From a virus: a stretch of DNA of 64,000 nucleotides. Shown in pieces: positions 49,301-56,923 of this stretch. How positions within the stretch are numbered: the stretch's first letter is position 1; every line of letters begins with the position of its first letter. The position numbers and the translations under genes were made by a program. The stretch is from IMG/VR virus record IMGVR_UViG_3300032116_000025; one strand, written 5' to 3'. The notes beneath the pieces were generated by a model. That model had not been told where the DNA came from. It ran no database searches and saw only the letters and a program-made list of their open reading frames with translations.

Positions 49301-49538
49301 TTTCTACGTCGACCACGGACACGCGTCCGGTGACTGGAGCTGCCCAGGACTTTCCCGTCATGCGGGCGTCGTGCTGCCCCTTGATGTCTCCGACGCCCTT
49401 GTCGTCGGAGACGGATACGTCCGACACACGAACCTCAAACCGGCCGGTTTTGTCCTTGATCGGAAACGTACTTCCAATCTGCTCGACCAGCTTGGTCTTC
49501 AGTTCCTCAAACTCGGCCTGCGGTTCGATAGTTAGCAC
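43335..49538 (-). CDS. single-chain fused beta-beta' DNA-directed RNA polymerase (phage, divergent)
   Basis: Beta motifs: LVPFMQND, GSKISTRHSAKG, NPVSVPGRMNPGQILE, GAQSLG. These are followed in frame by beta' motifs: GLFD, LPVLPP, GFFQDKLIGKKQDY, LLKRDPVLH, NGDIDGD, GARRG..GY, RSPLKC, GERAAQIMLKQTH. Confidence 0.95.
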   Translation of the reverse strand: MLTIEPQAEFEELKTKLVEQIGSTFPIKDKTGRFEVRVSDVSVSDDKGVGDIKGQHDARMTGKSWAAPVTGRVSVVDVETGKSLVEKKIQLASIPKLTRHYSYIIGGQEKFITKQWRLRPGVYVKSTEKPGEYEAQFQLAKGAAFDIQQGQEGYLHLKVGGRKVPLYSVLHAYGISDSEMRSAWGDTAFEVTKQKSVKDKGGIDKHLRSFHEAWSGRALSEKDDPKLAVKALFEQTKVDPAVVKANLGLDSASVGPDVLFAASKKLVDVSGGRREPDPIDSLRYKELWSAKDHFAERLAGASDDIKSRVSVALNKPSIQKKLITGDADVIRDVVPPDLIRRPFYSVFTTSLASNGKQTNPISMLSDRSMVTIQGPGGITNPHSITKSNTAIDPSHLGILDPVFTPESNPGVNTHLAFGVGIKDRKPYVSLYNLRTGKLEDVDATIASTSNVVLPDQVVWKGGKPSPREKSIRMSDVKGELRDDLPWSSAHYVMPSSSQVFATETNLVPFMQNDAAGRTTMSARHMAQAISIEGREPPKVQVEIGAGRTFEKLVGSGFLAHKAPIDGVVKAVRPKEIIVQDSAGKQHSVHLYDHYPTNHDKGMLHSEPLVKEGDRVKSGQLLADNNFTRNGQLALGTNLRVAYLANGSNHEDGIVISESAAEKLRSVHLNKPVMMVSDETIIDKNKFIYNKDVYGSQRMAKIGDDGVVKKGAIVHPGDPLVLAMSRRSQLSSIDENTNLKLGGKLRQEFMNTSLTWDSDYPGEVIDVARSGRNIIVHVKTREPAQVGSKISTRHSAKGIVTSVLPDKDMPHDGQGKPVEMLINPVSVPGRMNPGQILETAAGKIAEKTGQPYAVKNFQGGVDYLKKVQDDLNRHGLKETESLFDPKTGRKLGDVTTGPHYVFQLEHQIDKKTHVRSGGRAFTQFDAPMIHYDNDTKIPRGGGHTGAQSLGSLGIYGALAAGLHHNLAEMQTLKADKDQAREVWGALINGEVLPPPKVPFVYNKFENMLKGLGVDLHKNGTSIRMIPRTDEETRKLSAGALTKASKGRWAEGDEPVKGGLFDRNITGGPSGQRWSHIELVEPMPNPVFSKAIAHTLGIKETDIPDIIEGKKKLPDGGYGGKAFRESLAKLDLDKEIVRTREALKDPKLKGTALDKVNFKLHALVGLKEVGKNPADAWTLKALPVLPPIYRQQGMLPDGTVKVNPLNSLYRRLAMTNESLEKGSKHVPYNATLDTRRGLYTAMTELFGTAAKGKKGLDLDVRGTKEDPNKKLPGIIHMISGDQPKDGFFQDKLIGKKQDYTSRATIVVDPTLSVEEIAVPKKIAVELMRPMVSRRLQALGYAPGQAETMISHKHETALKALEKEVETRPILLKRDPVLHQYGIIGQNIKLTNEAAIKVNPLVLPPLNGDIDGDTVALMVPLSPHAVAEAKRVLPSQRTLSDSSGDVLYAPSNESALALYRMSIPRGDKGKTFKTKEEAETAFRQNKLDLNEAITISGVGKTTLGRARIAQVVPEKYRHEVLTKLDRPFDRKFQSTVLSEVAKQNPHIFVPTVDGLSRLGFQMAYESGHTVSLKDLEPLREARGQIINKTQKEVEGLTGPSREATTEKWLAATRQLHDVYNQHYKGNPTHISDMASSGIKAKHEQFQGLVMAPMLVEDHLGRPSRVPLTRSFAEGVDVGGYFLSAAGARRGVIQKTDSVREPGYMSKLLVQANIDQPITGVDCGTASGIALPLTDKDIVDRRLASDTKLGDRVHRAGTVVTPTILSEADKARVGQLVVRSPLKCRMPAGVCSHCMGIHPSGKEYSHGENAGIIAAHALGERAAQIMLKQTHGQGIVSTKGQTVAVFGDVQRMFNAAKPSLMDAAVAHAASPVTKVERSREGVWAIHTEGSKRPLETRQKPLQHVVAGYKPHRGEVLTHGDPNVNDLMTTQGIDATQQHMVNKIGDIYAAEGVLRRHVELAVRSSTGVARVTDPGDHSHYLRGDFAQRTVLDELNRTVLQGKKPIEYTSVITPVGSVPERIQPDWMGKLQGENLSKTIRRAAQHLETANVRGSHPIPRLAYGQFIASNPGGR

Positions 49539-49578
49539 CGGAGAAGTCTACCCCTTCGTGAAGAACCGGGTCAACGCG

Positions 49579-49586
49579 GCTATCAG
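49579..49586 (+). promoter_or_regulatory. GCTATCAG variant promoter core
   Basis: Divergent intergenic region, upstream of SD GAGGT and the ATG at 49602. Confidence 0.6.
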
Positions 49587-49601
49587 AGTGTAGAGGTATT
49601 T

Positions 49602-49730
49602 ATGCCCGACCCTGACCGCGAAAAAACTCATGAAGACCCACGAGACTACACCACGGAGTTCGAGGCTTCGCTAGACGAGGCCTTGAGAGACAGCATCCAG
49701 GAAGACATGGACCGAGAGGACGGCGAGTGA
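49602..49730 (+). CDS. small highly acidic protein (42 aa, not in ORF track)
   Basis: MPDPDREKTHEDPRDYTTEFEASLDEALRDSIQEDMDREDGE; has an SD and a GTGA overlap with the next ORF. Confidence 0.6.
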   Translation: MPDPDREKTHEDPRDYTTEFEASLDEALRDSIQEDMDREDGE

Positions 49731-49822
49731 TCTGGCTCGTTTGGTCTTTTCTAGGCGGACTCTGTCTAGGGCTTGTTGACGGAGTGCGAACCTCCGTCTT
49801 CTGGAGATGGGTGCTTCGATGA
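49727..49822 (+). CDS. small hydrophobic peptide (31 aa, not in ORF track)
   Basis: MIWLVWSFLGGLCLGLVDGVRTSVFWRWVLR; GTGA and ATGA couplings on both sides. Confidence 0.55.
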   Translation: MIWLVWSFLGGLCLGLVDGVRTSVFWRWVLR

Positions 49823-50178
49823 AGGCGAAAGCAAGCAAGGTAGAGCTAGTTACCGCGCCCAGATTTCTAGCAGCCAACTACGTAGAAAACGCACATACGC
49901 CAATCTGTAGTTACTGTCAACAGAGCATTGATCTTCTGGACGACGCCCTCTGCGTTATTCCCGGGCAGTGGATGGCAGACAAGTCGGAGGGCGGCGCGAT
50001 GTTCGTGCTTGAGCCGGACGTTCAGGTTCAGATCATCCAGCTAACAAATGGACAGATGGCCCTTCGGGTGGACTCCCACACCGCCAACCACGTGCACGCA
50101 GAGTGTCAGAAGCAGCTAGTCGCTGAGATGTTCGACTCCCCCTGGGGGATGGAAATCGAAGAGGAGGACTACCGATGA
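49819..50178 (+). CDS. hypothetical protein with CxxC...HxxC Zn site
   Basis: CSYC and HAEC; ATGA overlaps at both ends. Confidence 0.75.
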   Translation: MKAKASKVELVTAPRFLAANYVENAHTPICSYCQQSIDLLDDALCVIPGQWMADKSEGGAMFVLEPDVQVQIIQLTNGQMALRVDSHTANHVHAECQKQLVAEMFDSPWGMEIEEEDYR

Positions 50179-51365
50179 GCAGCGGTGTTGAAAGGCGCGG
50201 GCTGACCTACGGGCAGGCGCAAATCCGAGTACACGAAAATCTCCGCATCCAGGCGAAGCTTTCTACGCAGAACGACAGTGAGGTTCTAAACACCCCCTGC
50301 CTCATGGCAGGGGTTGGCGGGGGAAAGACCTCCATGGCCCGCAGCGAAGCTCAGCGGTTTGAGCTTCCCCTTCGTGCCATCAATAACGGGGAGAACAGCG
50401 ACCCAACGGACATGAGCGGTGTTCCGGTTCCTGCGCTCATCCGAGATCTGATGGAGAGGGGAACCAACTCCGAAAAGTCAGGAGCCCAGGATGCCTACAT
50501 GGAGTGGGTTCTTAACCGGTACGCGCTAGAGGCCTGCCAAGAAGGTGTATTCCTTTTCCTCGATGACATCGACAAGGCGCCCCCGCCGATTCAAGGGGCA
50601 CTCCTTGGAATTATTGGCAACCGCAAGTTCCGGGATCGAAGTATCCACCCCCACACGCTAATCATGGCTGCGGGCAACAGAACTTCAGACGACATCTACG
50701 CCCATCAGATCTCAGAGAGCCTAAAGACGCGGCTCACAATCATCGAGATGGAGCCAGATGTTCTGTCGTTCTGCGACTACGGTGTGCGTACGGGCAGAAT
50801 CCACGAGATCGTTTGCGGGTTCTTACAGTACCGGCCGGAGTACCTACACAAGTGGATTGAGGGTGTAAATCGCTTCCCCACCCCGCGTGGGTGGCGAGAA
50901 GTGTCCGTCCACTTCTCGGAAAGCCCCGACCCGTTTATGGACGGCTTGCACAACGGGTCGAAAGACAACTGGAAACAGATCGTATCTGAGAAGTGCGGAG
51001 AACCGGTCAGCAAAGACTTCTGGGCATGGTTCAAGATCATCCGCAAGGTTGACGTTCAGAAGGTCCTTCGTTCTGGGTCCATCGACGCAGTTCAAGGCGA
51101 CGACGGGAAAACCACTGACAAGCGAATGGCAGAGTTTGCGGCGGTGTTCGCGATTGCCCAAGAGCTAAACAACAACGGAGTGAAGAAGGAATACTCCGGG
51201 TTAAACACCTTGTTCGACAACGCCAACAAGGCCGGCGTATCTAAGGAAATGCGGGTGGCGCTAGCTGTTCAGCTAAAGCGAGACGTACGTACTCAGATCG
51301 CCAAGATGTTTACGAAGGCGGCAGATCAAATGATGGAAGTTCTCATTCCCACGGAGTCTGCTTGA
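50175..51365 (+). CDS. MoxR-like AAA+ ATPase
   Basis: Walker A GVGGGKT, DMSGVP, Walker B FLFLDD, AAGNR, L.TR, FPTPRGW. Confidence 0.85.
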   Translation: MSSGVERRGLTYGQAQIRVHENLRIQAKLSTQNDSEVLNTPCLMAGVGGGKTSMARSEAQRFELPLRAINNGENSDPTDMSGVPVPALIRDLMERGTNSEKSGAQDAYMEWVLNRYALEACQEGVFLFLDDIDKAPPPIQGALLGIIGNRKFRDRSIHPHTLIMAAGNRTSDDIYAHQISESLKTRLTIIEMEPDVLSFCDYGVRTGRIHEIVCGFLQYRPEYLHKWIEGVNRFPTPRGWREVSVHFSESPDPFMDGLHNGSKDNWKQIVSEKCGEPVSKDFWAWFKIIRKVDVQKVLRSGSIDAVQGDDGKTTDKRMAEFAAVFAIAQELNNNGVKKEYSGLNTLFDNANKAGVSKEMRVALAVQLKRDVRTQIAKMFTKAADQMMEVLIPTESA

Positions 51366-52609
51366 TTAATGAAGCGTCGTTTACGAGTAAGGAGGCTCTC
51401 CGGCTTGTAAACGACGCTGTTTTTGATTTGATTCTACGGGCGGAGCTGATGGGGCTGTCCCTCATGGGAGAGGCCATCAAGATTCTACAAGACGACTCGA
51501 TCAAAACAATGTGTACCGATGGGAGAACCATCCGAGTTTCGTCTGAGTGGCTGTCCAAGAACGGACTACGCGGCAACGTTTTTGACCTACTGCATGAGTG
51601 GCTTCACTGCTTCGGCAACCACGTCGCGCGGCGTGGGAGCAGAGATCCCAGCCTGTGGAACATTGCCTGCGACATCTGGGTAGTAAAGACAGCCTCAGAA
51701 ATACTAAGCCGCCCAAATGACGCTTGGGACCCTCCTAAAGATGGGGTTCAGCCTCCCAAGTGGGCCGAGGGGCTCTCCGTAGAGGAGATCTACGACAAGC
51801 TAAAGTCTGAGCAGGACCAGCGAAAGTCATCGGGCCTTACGTCACCTGGACCGCTTAGGTCAGCTTCTCAAAGTTCGTCTAGTGATCCTAGTAGCGAAAT
51901 CCAGTCCGGTAAGGACTTCGACTACAAGAGCGCGGAAGAAGCCACGGAGCAAGAAGAGCAAGACTTCGTAGATCAGTTTACAAACGAGCTTGCCCAAGCT
52001 CAGCTGATTATGGAGATGTCCAGTGGCCAAAGCGTAGAGGATCGCTACGGGTCAAAGGTGTCATCTCGTATTACAGAGGTGTTAAGGGGCACCGTTCCTT
52101 GGTCACGGCTGCTTCGTGGGGACTTGATCGATAAGCTGGAGAAGCAGCACGCTACCTGGAGCCCTCCGCGCCGGAAATATTACCCGCTGATTCCGCTGCC
52201 TTCGTACCAAAGCACAAAGACTCGCAAGCTGGTCTTGTCGATCGACGTGTCGGCGTCCGTTGGCGAGAAGATGATGAAGGCGTTTATTTCAAACACCATG
52301 CCGGCGGCGCTGCGGGCTGATGAAACCATCGTCATTACTTTCGATCAGGTAATCCGCGAGGTGGTTCACACGCGAAGACCCAAAGACATCTTGAATCAAG
52401 TCAAGTTCTTACAGGGGGCGCATAGCTACACGGATGTCCGCCCCGTGTTTGACATGATCAGAGAAATCAACCCGTCTGCCGTAGCGATTCTTACTGACGC
52501 GTATCTATCCTACCCAGACGATCCGTACCGAGATGCCATCTTTGTGGTTCCACGGGGGGCAGGAACTCCCCCATGGGGAAAGGTGTACGTAATGGAGGAG
52601 TCTTGGTGA
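51362..52609 (+). CDS. DUF2201-like metallopeptidase + VWA domain protein
   Basis: TMCTDG, LLHEWLH, WNIACD, VPW..LL, IDVSASV (MIDAS-like), ILTDAY. Confidence 0.85.
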   Translation: MINEASFTSKEALRLVNDAVFDLILRAELMGLSLMGEAIKILQDDSIKTMCTDGRTIRVSSEWLSKNGLRGNVFDLLHEWLHCFGNHVARRGSRDPSLWNIACDIWVVKTASEILSRPNDAWDPPKDGVQPPKWAEGLSVEEIYDKLKSEQDQRKSSGLTSPGPLRSASQSSSSDPSSEIQSGKDFDYKSAEEATEQEEQDFVDQFTNELAQAQLIMEMSSGQSVEDRYGSKVSSRITEVLRGTVPWSRLLRGDLIDKLEKQHATWSPPRRKYYPLIPLPSYQSTKTRKLVLSIDVSASVGEKMMKAFISNTMPAALRADETIVITFDQVIREVVHTRRPKDILNQVKFLQGAHSYTDVRPVFDMIREINPSAVAILTDAYLSYPDDPYRDAIFVVPRGAGTPPWGKVYVMEESW

Positions 52610-53970
52610 CGGACGCGCTTCTACGAGACAGCTGCTTGGCGTTGCTAGCTCAACCCGGCGGCACCGCCCAGTTTCAGAAGATCGGACTCCTAGCGTGCGG
52701 TAGCGAGTGGGCGCACGTTATCTCGTCTGTTTCAGCTACGAAGACCTGCGAAGTAGAGTCTTACGCAGTTTCAGTAGCCCACGGCGTAAAGCCAAGCGAA
52801 CTGTACGGGCGCTTAAAGCCACGGCCCCTGGTCAACGTGCTTGAAACGAACCGCTATTACAGGGCGGCTTACCGAAGCGCATTTATCTCGCACCCACTTC
52901 ATCTGAGCCTTGCGTTTAGTGAACTACTAAACGACAGGGAAGAGGGAGACTGGCTTCTACAGGAGTACCAAGAGGCTGGCGACGCTGACAAGTACCGGGG
53001 TAGCGACTTTCTCTCAGTAAGCTGGATTCCTCCCTACACGCCCGAAAGTACCGGCAGAACCCCGTTCGCAAAGCCAAAGTGCATAGACAACATCTCGTTC
53101 ATCGCATGGTTTGATAAAAACTCGGTGAGCGAACTCGTTTCTAACGTAGACTCCTCGTTTATCGCAGAAGCGGCCAACGTTAGCGTTCACCTAAGTAGGC
53201 CGCTTGACCTGTCGATACCAGCATGGGCTGCGCTAAGCTCCCATTGGGGTCACGCAAGACCCGATTACAACTGGGTAACCGACCTCCTACGCCTTGTGCG
53301 CCCTCACAAGGCTCACGCCTTGCTGGATAACGCCGTCGGTGTTCGGCGCTCGTTTGGCATTACCCGCGACGATGCAACGCCGCGCCAGATGACACATGGC
53401 ATGCGGTCAATAGCGGGAATGACAGAAGAGGCTAGGGAGGCCATGTCTAGGCTTTACGGAAGGGCTCCGACCATTAGCGAGATCAAGGCTGTGCGGGGCG
53501 GCGGTATCGTAGATCTCCTCTACTACATGCCGTGGGTACTCCTAGAAAACGTACTCAAGGAGCACTCGTCCGACCTTCGCGCGCTTACCCTGCCCCACCT
53601 ACAGCACCTAACTGGCAGCAAGCGCTACCTGCTACAAGACCACGATCGTAGGGCAAAACTACGCGCCTACGCAGGGAGAGAAGCAGGAGATCGTATAACC
53701 GTAACGCCGAACACCACAACCAGCGATTGGTCAAAGGTGTTTACCGGGCTGGTAAACCAGTACCAAGCGTCCCGCTCCCTACGAAACAGGCTGCTTGAGG
53801 CGTGCCAAGACCCTGTGGTAGCCGCAGTCGCGTTGATGGCTAAGTTTGAGATACTAGACAAGAATCTTGTAGAGCGTGTTCTGCGCCACCACAGGAACTT
53901 TCGTCGGATCTCAGAAGTAGCAAACCAAGCTACCGAGGTCATTACAGATCCGGATAATCTAGTTACGTAA
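52606..53970 (+). CDS. hypothetical protein
   Basis: GTG at 52606 follows SD GGAG and overlaps the previous stop. Confidence 0.75.
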   Translation: MTDALLRDSCLALLAQPGGTAQFQKIGLLACGSEWAHVISSVSATKTCEVESYAVSVAHGVKPSELYGRLKPRPLVNVLETNRYYRAAYRSAFISHPLHLSLAFSELLNDREEGDWLLQEYQEAGDADKYRGSDFLSVSWIPPYTPESTGRTPFAKPKCIDNISFIAWFDKNSVSELVSNVDSSFIAEAANVSVHLSRPLDLSIPAWAALSSHWGHARPDYNWVTDLLRLVRPHKAHALLDNAVGVRRSFGITRDDATPRQMTHGMRSIAGMTEEAREAMSRLYGRAPTISEIKAVRGGGIVDLLYYMPWVLLENVLKEHSSDLRALTLPHLQHLTGSKRYLLQDHDRRAKLRAYAGREAGDRITVTPNTTTSDWSKVFTGLVNQYQASRSLRNRLLEACQDPVVAAVALMAKFEILDKNLVERVLRHHRNFRRISEVANQATEVITDPDNLVT

Positions 53971-54051
53971 AATAAGGGGGCGCGTGCGCCCCCTTATTGC
54001 CGGATAACTAAGTTACCTAGAATAAGGGGCGTGGCCCCTTATTCTTTTGCC
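53950..54051. repeat. imperfect 50-bp tandem duplication containing two terminator hairpins
   Basis: CCGGATAA..AGTTAC.TA.AATAAGGGG-loop-CCCCTTATT occurs at 53950-53998 and 54000-54043, followed by TTTTGCC. Confidence 0.8.
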
Positions 54052-54053
54052 CA

Positions 54054-55952
54054 CTACCTGCGAGGCGGAAGAACCTCAGGTTGCGGACGCATATCTACCC
54101 CGGGGGGTTGTTGCTGCTGAGAAGGCACACCGCCCGCGTTTCCAACCGATGGCGTGCTCGGTAGGTTCGGCATGCCCTGCTGCTGAAGCATCTGCACGGC
54201 TTCCGGCATCTGAACTTGTAGCTGCTCCAAATACTGCCGACGTCGATCCTCCGGCATACGCTTAACCTCTTGGGCAAGCGCAGCAGCCGCTGCGTCAAGC
54301 GGCACACCGGCGGGTTGCATAAGCTGAGAAGTTTGCGCCGCAATAAACGGGTCTGGAGGAGGGGCTTGGGCAGCCGCCTGGGCTTGAACCATGGCGGCCT
54401 GCGCCTTAGCCTGCGCCTTGGCCATAACCGTCTGAGCTTCAGCCTGTACTTCAGCCTGCAATAGCTGCTGCTTTCTAATAGCCTCGGCCCGAAAGCCCGA
54501 CTCGCTAATCTGAAGATCCGCTTCGTCCTCGACCTTTAGATCCGCGTACGACAGCAGAGTCGTGTCGCTGATTTTTCCGGCTTGGTTAAGCTGGAACATC
54601 AACGCCTGACGCTGAAGATCATCCGCCATTCGGAACGGCTTAAACCGCGCGTCTGGGGTAGGCCAGTTCATGAACGCCCCCATGCGCCGGATAACCCAGT
54701 GCAGCAAGCGGAGCTGGCTGTGGACGTTAGATAGGAAGAAGTTCTCCAGCATTCGCATAGAGACACTGGTGCCCGCGTAACTGCCCTGCCCGAAGACAAG
54801 ATCAGACGGGAACCCCATGCCGACGGCAATCATCTCCGTCATTGCGCGGATTTCCGGCATCAGCAGAAGGCTTCTCCCGTTTTCCCCGATGACCTGATGG
54901 CCAATGGGGAAGGGAAGGATGCCGTAGTAGCTTGGGTCCATCCTCTGCCGAGCAAGCTCCCGGCGGATGTGATCGCGCCAGTTTTGTAGGTTAGACACCG
55001 TGAACGGGTCTGCGCCCCCGGTAGCCGGCTGCGGGAACAAGAAGATCTGCGGAACTAGGTGCGTAAGAAGAACCGCCTCCTGAGCCTTCTTCATGACCTG
55101 GACGTAGAAGGCGTCCTTCATGACGGGCATCAAAAGCGGCGTTCCCCACCCGCGGTTGGCAGAACTTAGGCTTGGGCGACGGAGATGGAAAACCTCCTGC
55201 CGGTCAAACACTAGACTTCGGCGCATCTTGATGGCGTCGAGGAAGATCTCAGGCGTAGTAGCCACGAGGTCTTTTCGTCCCATCTGGATCTGGGCGCGGA
55301 AGTCTGGAGAGATGTCTAGCAGGTAGTCGAGTCGGCCCGTCGACTCGTTGTAAAAGATCTGTACGTTCTCCGGGTTCCAGCGAATAAGGCTTACCTCGCT
55401 GTACTTCGGGTAGTAGTCGTCGCGGCTCTTGGCAAAGTCCGTTTGCCCGCACTTTTGGCAGGTCAGCCAAAACCGGTGGTTGATAAACCGCCAGTAGGGG
55501 CGGCTCTCAAGAGCGTCCGACTCCGACCCGCAGCTTTCGCAGATTAGCTTCTTTCGAAATGGGAAGCTGGGGCTTACAAATGCGTTCCCGTAAACGTAGT
55601 AGTCAAGGTTCACCTCAAACTGGTGAACCCGGTAGTTCATTACACCGAGAAGAAGCTCTTCCCACTTGTTTACAACGGCGCGGTCCTTGTGCTGAATCAC
55701 AAGGTCAGTAACCGGGTACTCCGACGCCTTTGTATTGATCGCGTTAATTACGCCGTGTGTTAGGTGGTAGAAGCGGCAAAAGCCAAACAGGCTTTTGACC
55801 GTAGGAGGGGTGTATGTGCTTGCCTGATCAAAGAACGGGTTTGCAAAAGGTTGATACCGACGACCTAGGATTTGTGACCTAGACGCGGTTCCATCGAACA
55901 TCGCGCTTCGGCCTTGGCCGAACGCGGAGCCACCTCCACCAAAGAAGGTCAT
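54054..55952 (-). CDS. portal protein (with Zn-ribbon insertion)
   Basis: DYYVYGNAF, VFHLRR....GWGTPLL, IAVGMGFP.DLVFG..SYA patterns; Q/A-rich C-terminus. Confidence 0.8.
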   Translation of the reverse strand: MTFFGGGGSAFGQGRSAMFDGTASRSQILGRRYQPFANPFFDQASTYTPPTVKSLFGFCRFYHLTHGVINAINTKASEYPVTDLVIQHKDRAVVNKWEELLLGVMNYRVHQFEVNLDYYVYGNAFVSPSFPFRKKLICESCGSESDALESRPYWRFINHRFWLTCQKCGQTDFAKSRDDYYPKYSEVSLIRWNPENVQIFYNESTGRLDYLLDISPDFRAQIQMGRKDLVATTPEIFLDAIKMRRSLVFDRQEVFHLRRPSLSSANRGWGTPLLMPVMKDAFYVQVMKKAQEAVLLTHLVPQIFLFPQPATGGADPFTVSNLQNWRDHIRRELARQRMDPSYYGILPFPIGHQVIGENGRSLLLMPEIRAMTEMIAVGMGFPSDLVFGQGSYAGTSVSMRMLENFFLSNVHSQLRLLHWVIRRMGAFMNWPTPDARFKPFRMADDLQRQALMFQLNQAGKISDTTLLSYADLKVEDEADLQISESGFRAEAIRKQQLLQAEVQAEAQTVMAKAQAKAQAAMVQAQAAAQAPPPDPFIAAQTSQLMQPAGVPLDAAAAALAQEVKRMPEDRRRQYLEQLQVQMPEAVQMLQQQGMPNLPSTPSVGNAGGVPSQQQQPPGVDMRPQPEVLPPRR

Positions 55953-56923
55953 GTTACCGGAAGCCTTCCGGGTGACTCGCCGGAGACAGGAGCCTCGCCC
56001 GACACAGCTGTGCGCGGGTGAACAAGCCTGTTCGTTGTCTCCATTACCTTCGGCATCACCAGTTTATCGATACCTGTTTGAGCTACCAACTGCGCTCCTA
56101 CGGGCATTCCGCCCATCATCCCGCCGGTAGCTGTAGTGACCCCGAGGTTTACAAACTTCTGGGGAACCGTTCGTCCACCAGTAGCAGATTCATCGCCCTG
56201 CATCACGTCATAAGCGCCAAACCCGAGCGGAATGCCAACGCCCATAACCGTTCCGAGGGCGCCACCGCCGCCGATCATCTGCTTTCCTAAATACTTAGCA
56301 GTCTCGCCGCGGGTCTCCTTAGAAGCAAGACCTTTAATCGTGCCCGGTAGGTGCGTGACGCCCATGGCAATCGCCTGGTCGCCTTCCTTACCAGCACGGT
56401 AGAGCCCAGCAATCTCTTCTCTAGCGTCGTCCATCAGCTTTCTACGCGCTGCGGGATCGCTAGTGTACTTCATCTCGTCGATCAAGCGCTTAGATACAAG
56501 CCGCGCTTGATCCTTGGCGTGCAGCGTGCTCTGCATGCCAGCTTCGGCAGGGTTCAGCATTCCGGTAAGCCCGTGAACTGTGCGCTTACCGAAGTTCTTT
56601 ACGCTGCCGCCGAGTCGACGAGCAAAAGCTTCGCCCCCACCCATCCCAGGATTGAGCAGGCGGGCGTCGCGGTAAACCCGGCCAAGATAGCCCGTCATGC
56701 CCCCGGCTACTGCACCGCGAACTGCGCCGCCTAGAGCACCGCCTACAACGTTTTCCCCGTCGCTCTCGTAGGCTCCCATGGCAGCTCCACCAAGTGAGCC
56801 AAGCGCAGCAGTAGCGGCGGGATTCCTAGAAAGAAATCTACCAACACCCCGAGCTAGCGAAAGAGGTTCTGCTGCCTCTTTCGCTAGATGTGCGGAGAAC
56901 GCTTCTAGGACTTCGAGTTTCAT
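55949..56923 (-). CDS. Gly-rich virion-associated protein (putative ejection/internal protein)
   Basis: N-terminal EAFSAHLAKEA, then several glycine-zipper helices. Confidence 0.8.
   Translation of the reverse strand: MKLEVLEAFSAHLAKEAAEPLSLARGVGRFLSRNPAATAALGSLGGAAMGAYESDGENVVGGALGGAVRGAVAGGMTGYLGRVYRDARLLNPGMGGGEAFARRLGGSVKNFGKRTVHGLTGMLNPAEAGMQSTLHAKDQARLVSKRLIDEMKYTSDPAARRKLMDDAREEIAGLYRAGKEGDQAIAMGVTHLPGTIKGLASKETRGETAKYLGKQMIGGGGALGTVMGVGIPLGFGAYDVMQGDESATGGRTVPQKFVNLGVTTATGGMMGGMPVGAQLVAQTGIDKLVMPKVMETTNRLVHPRTAVSGEAPVSGESPGRLPVT

Noticed and set aside
43335-49538. Bacterial chromosomal rpoBC fusion (Helicobacter/Wolbachia type)
   Set aside because: Too short and divergent, no ribosomal protein neighbours, and surrounded by phage structural genes.
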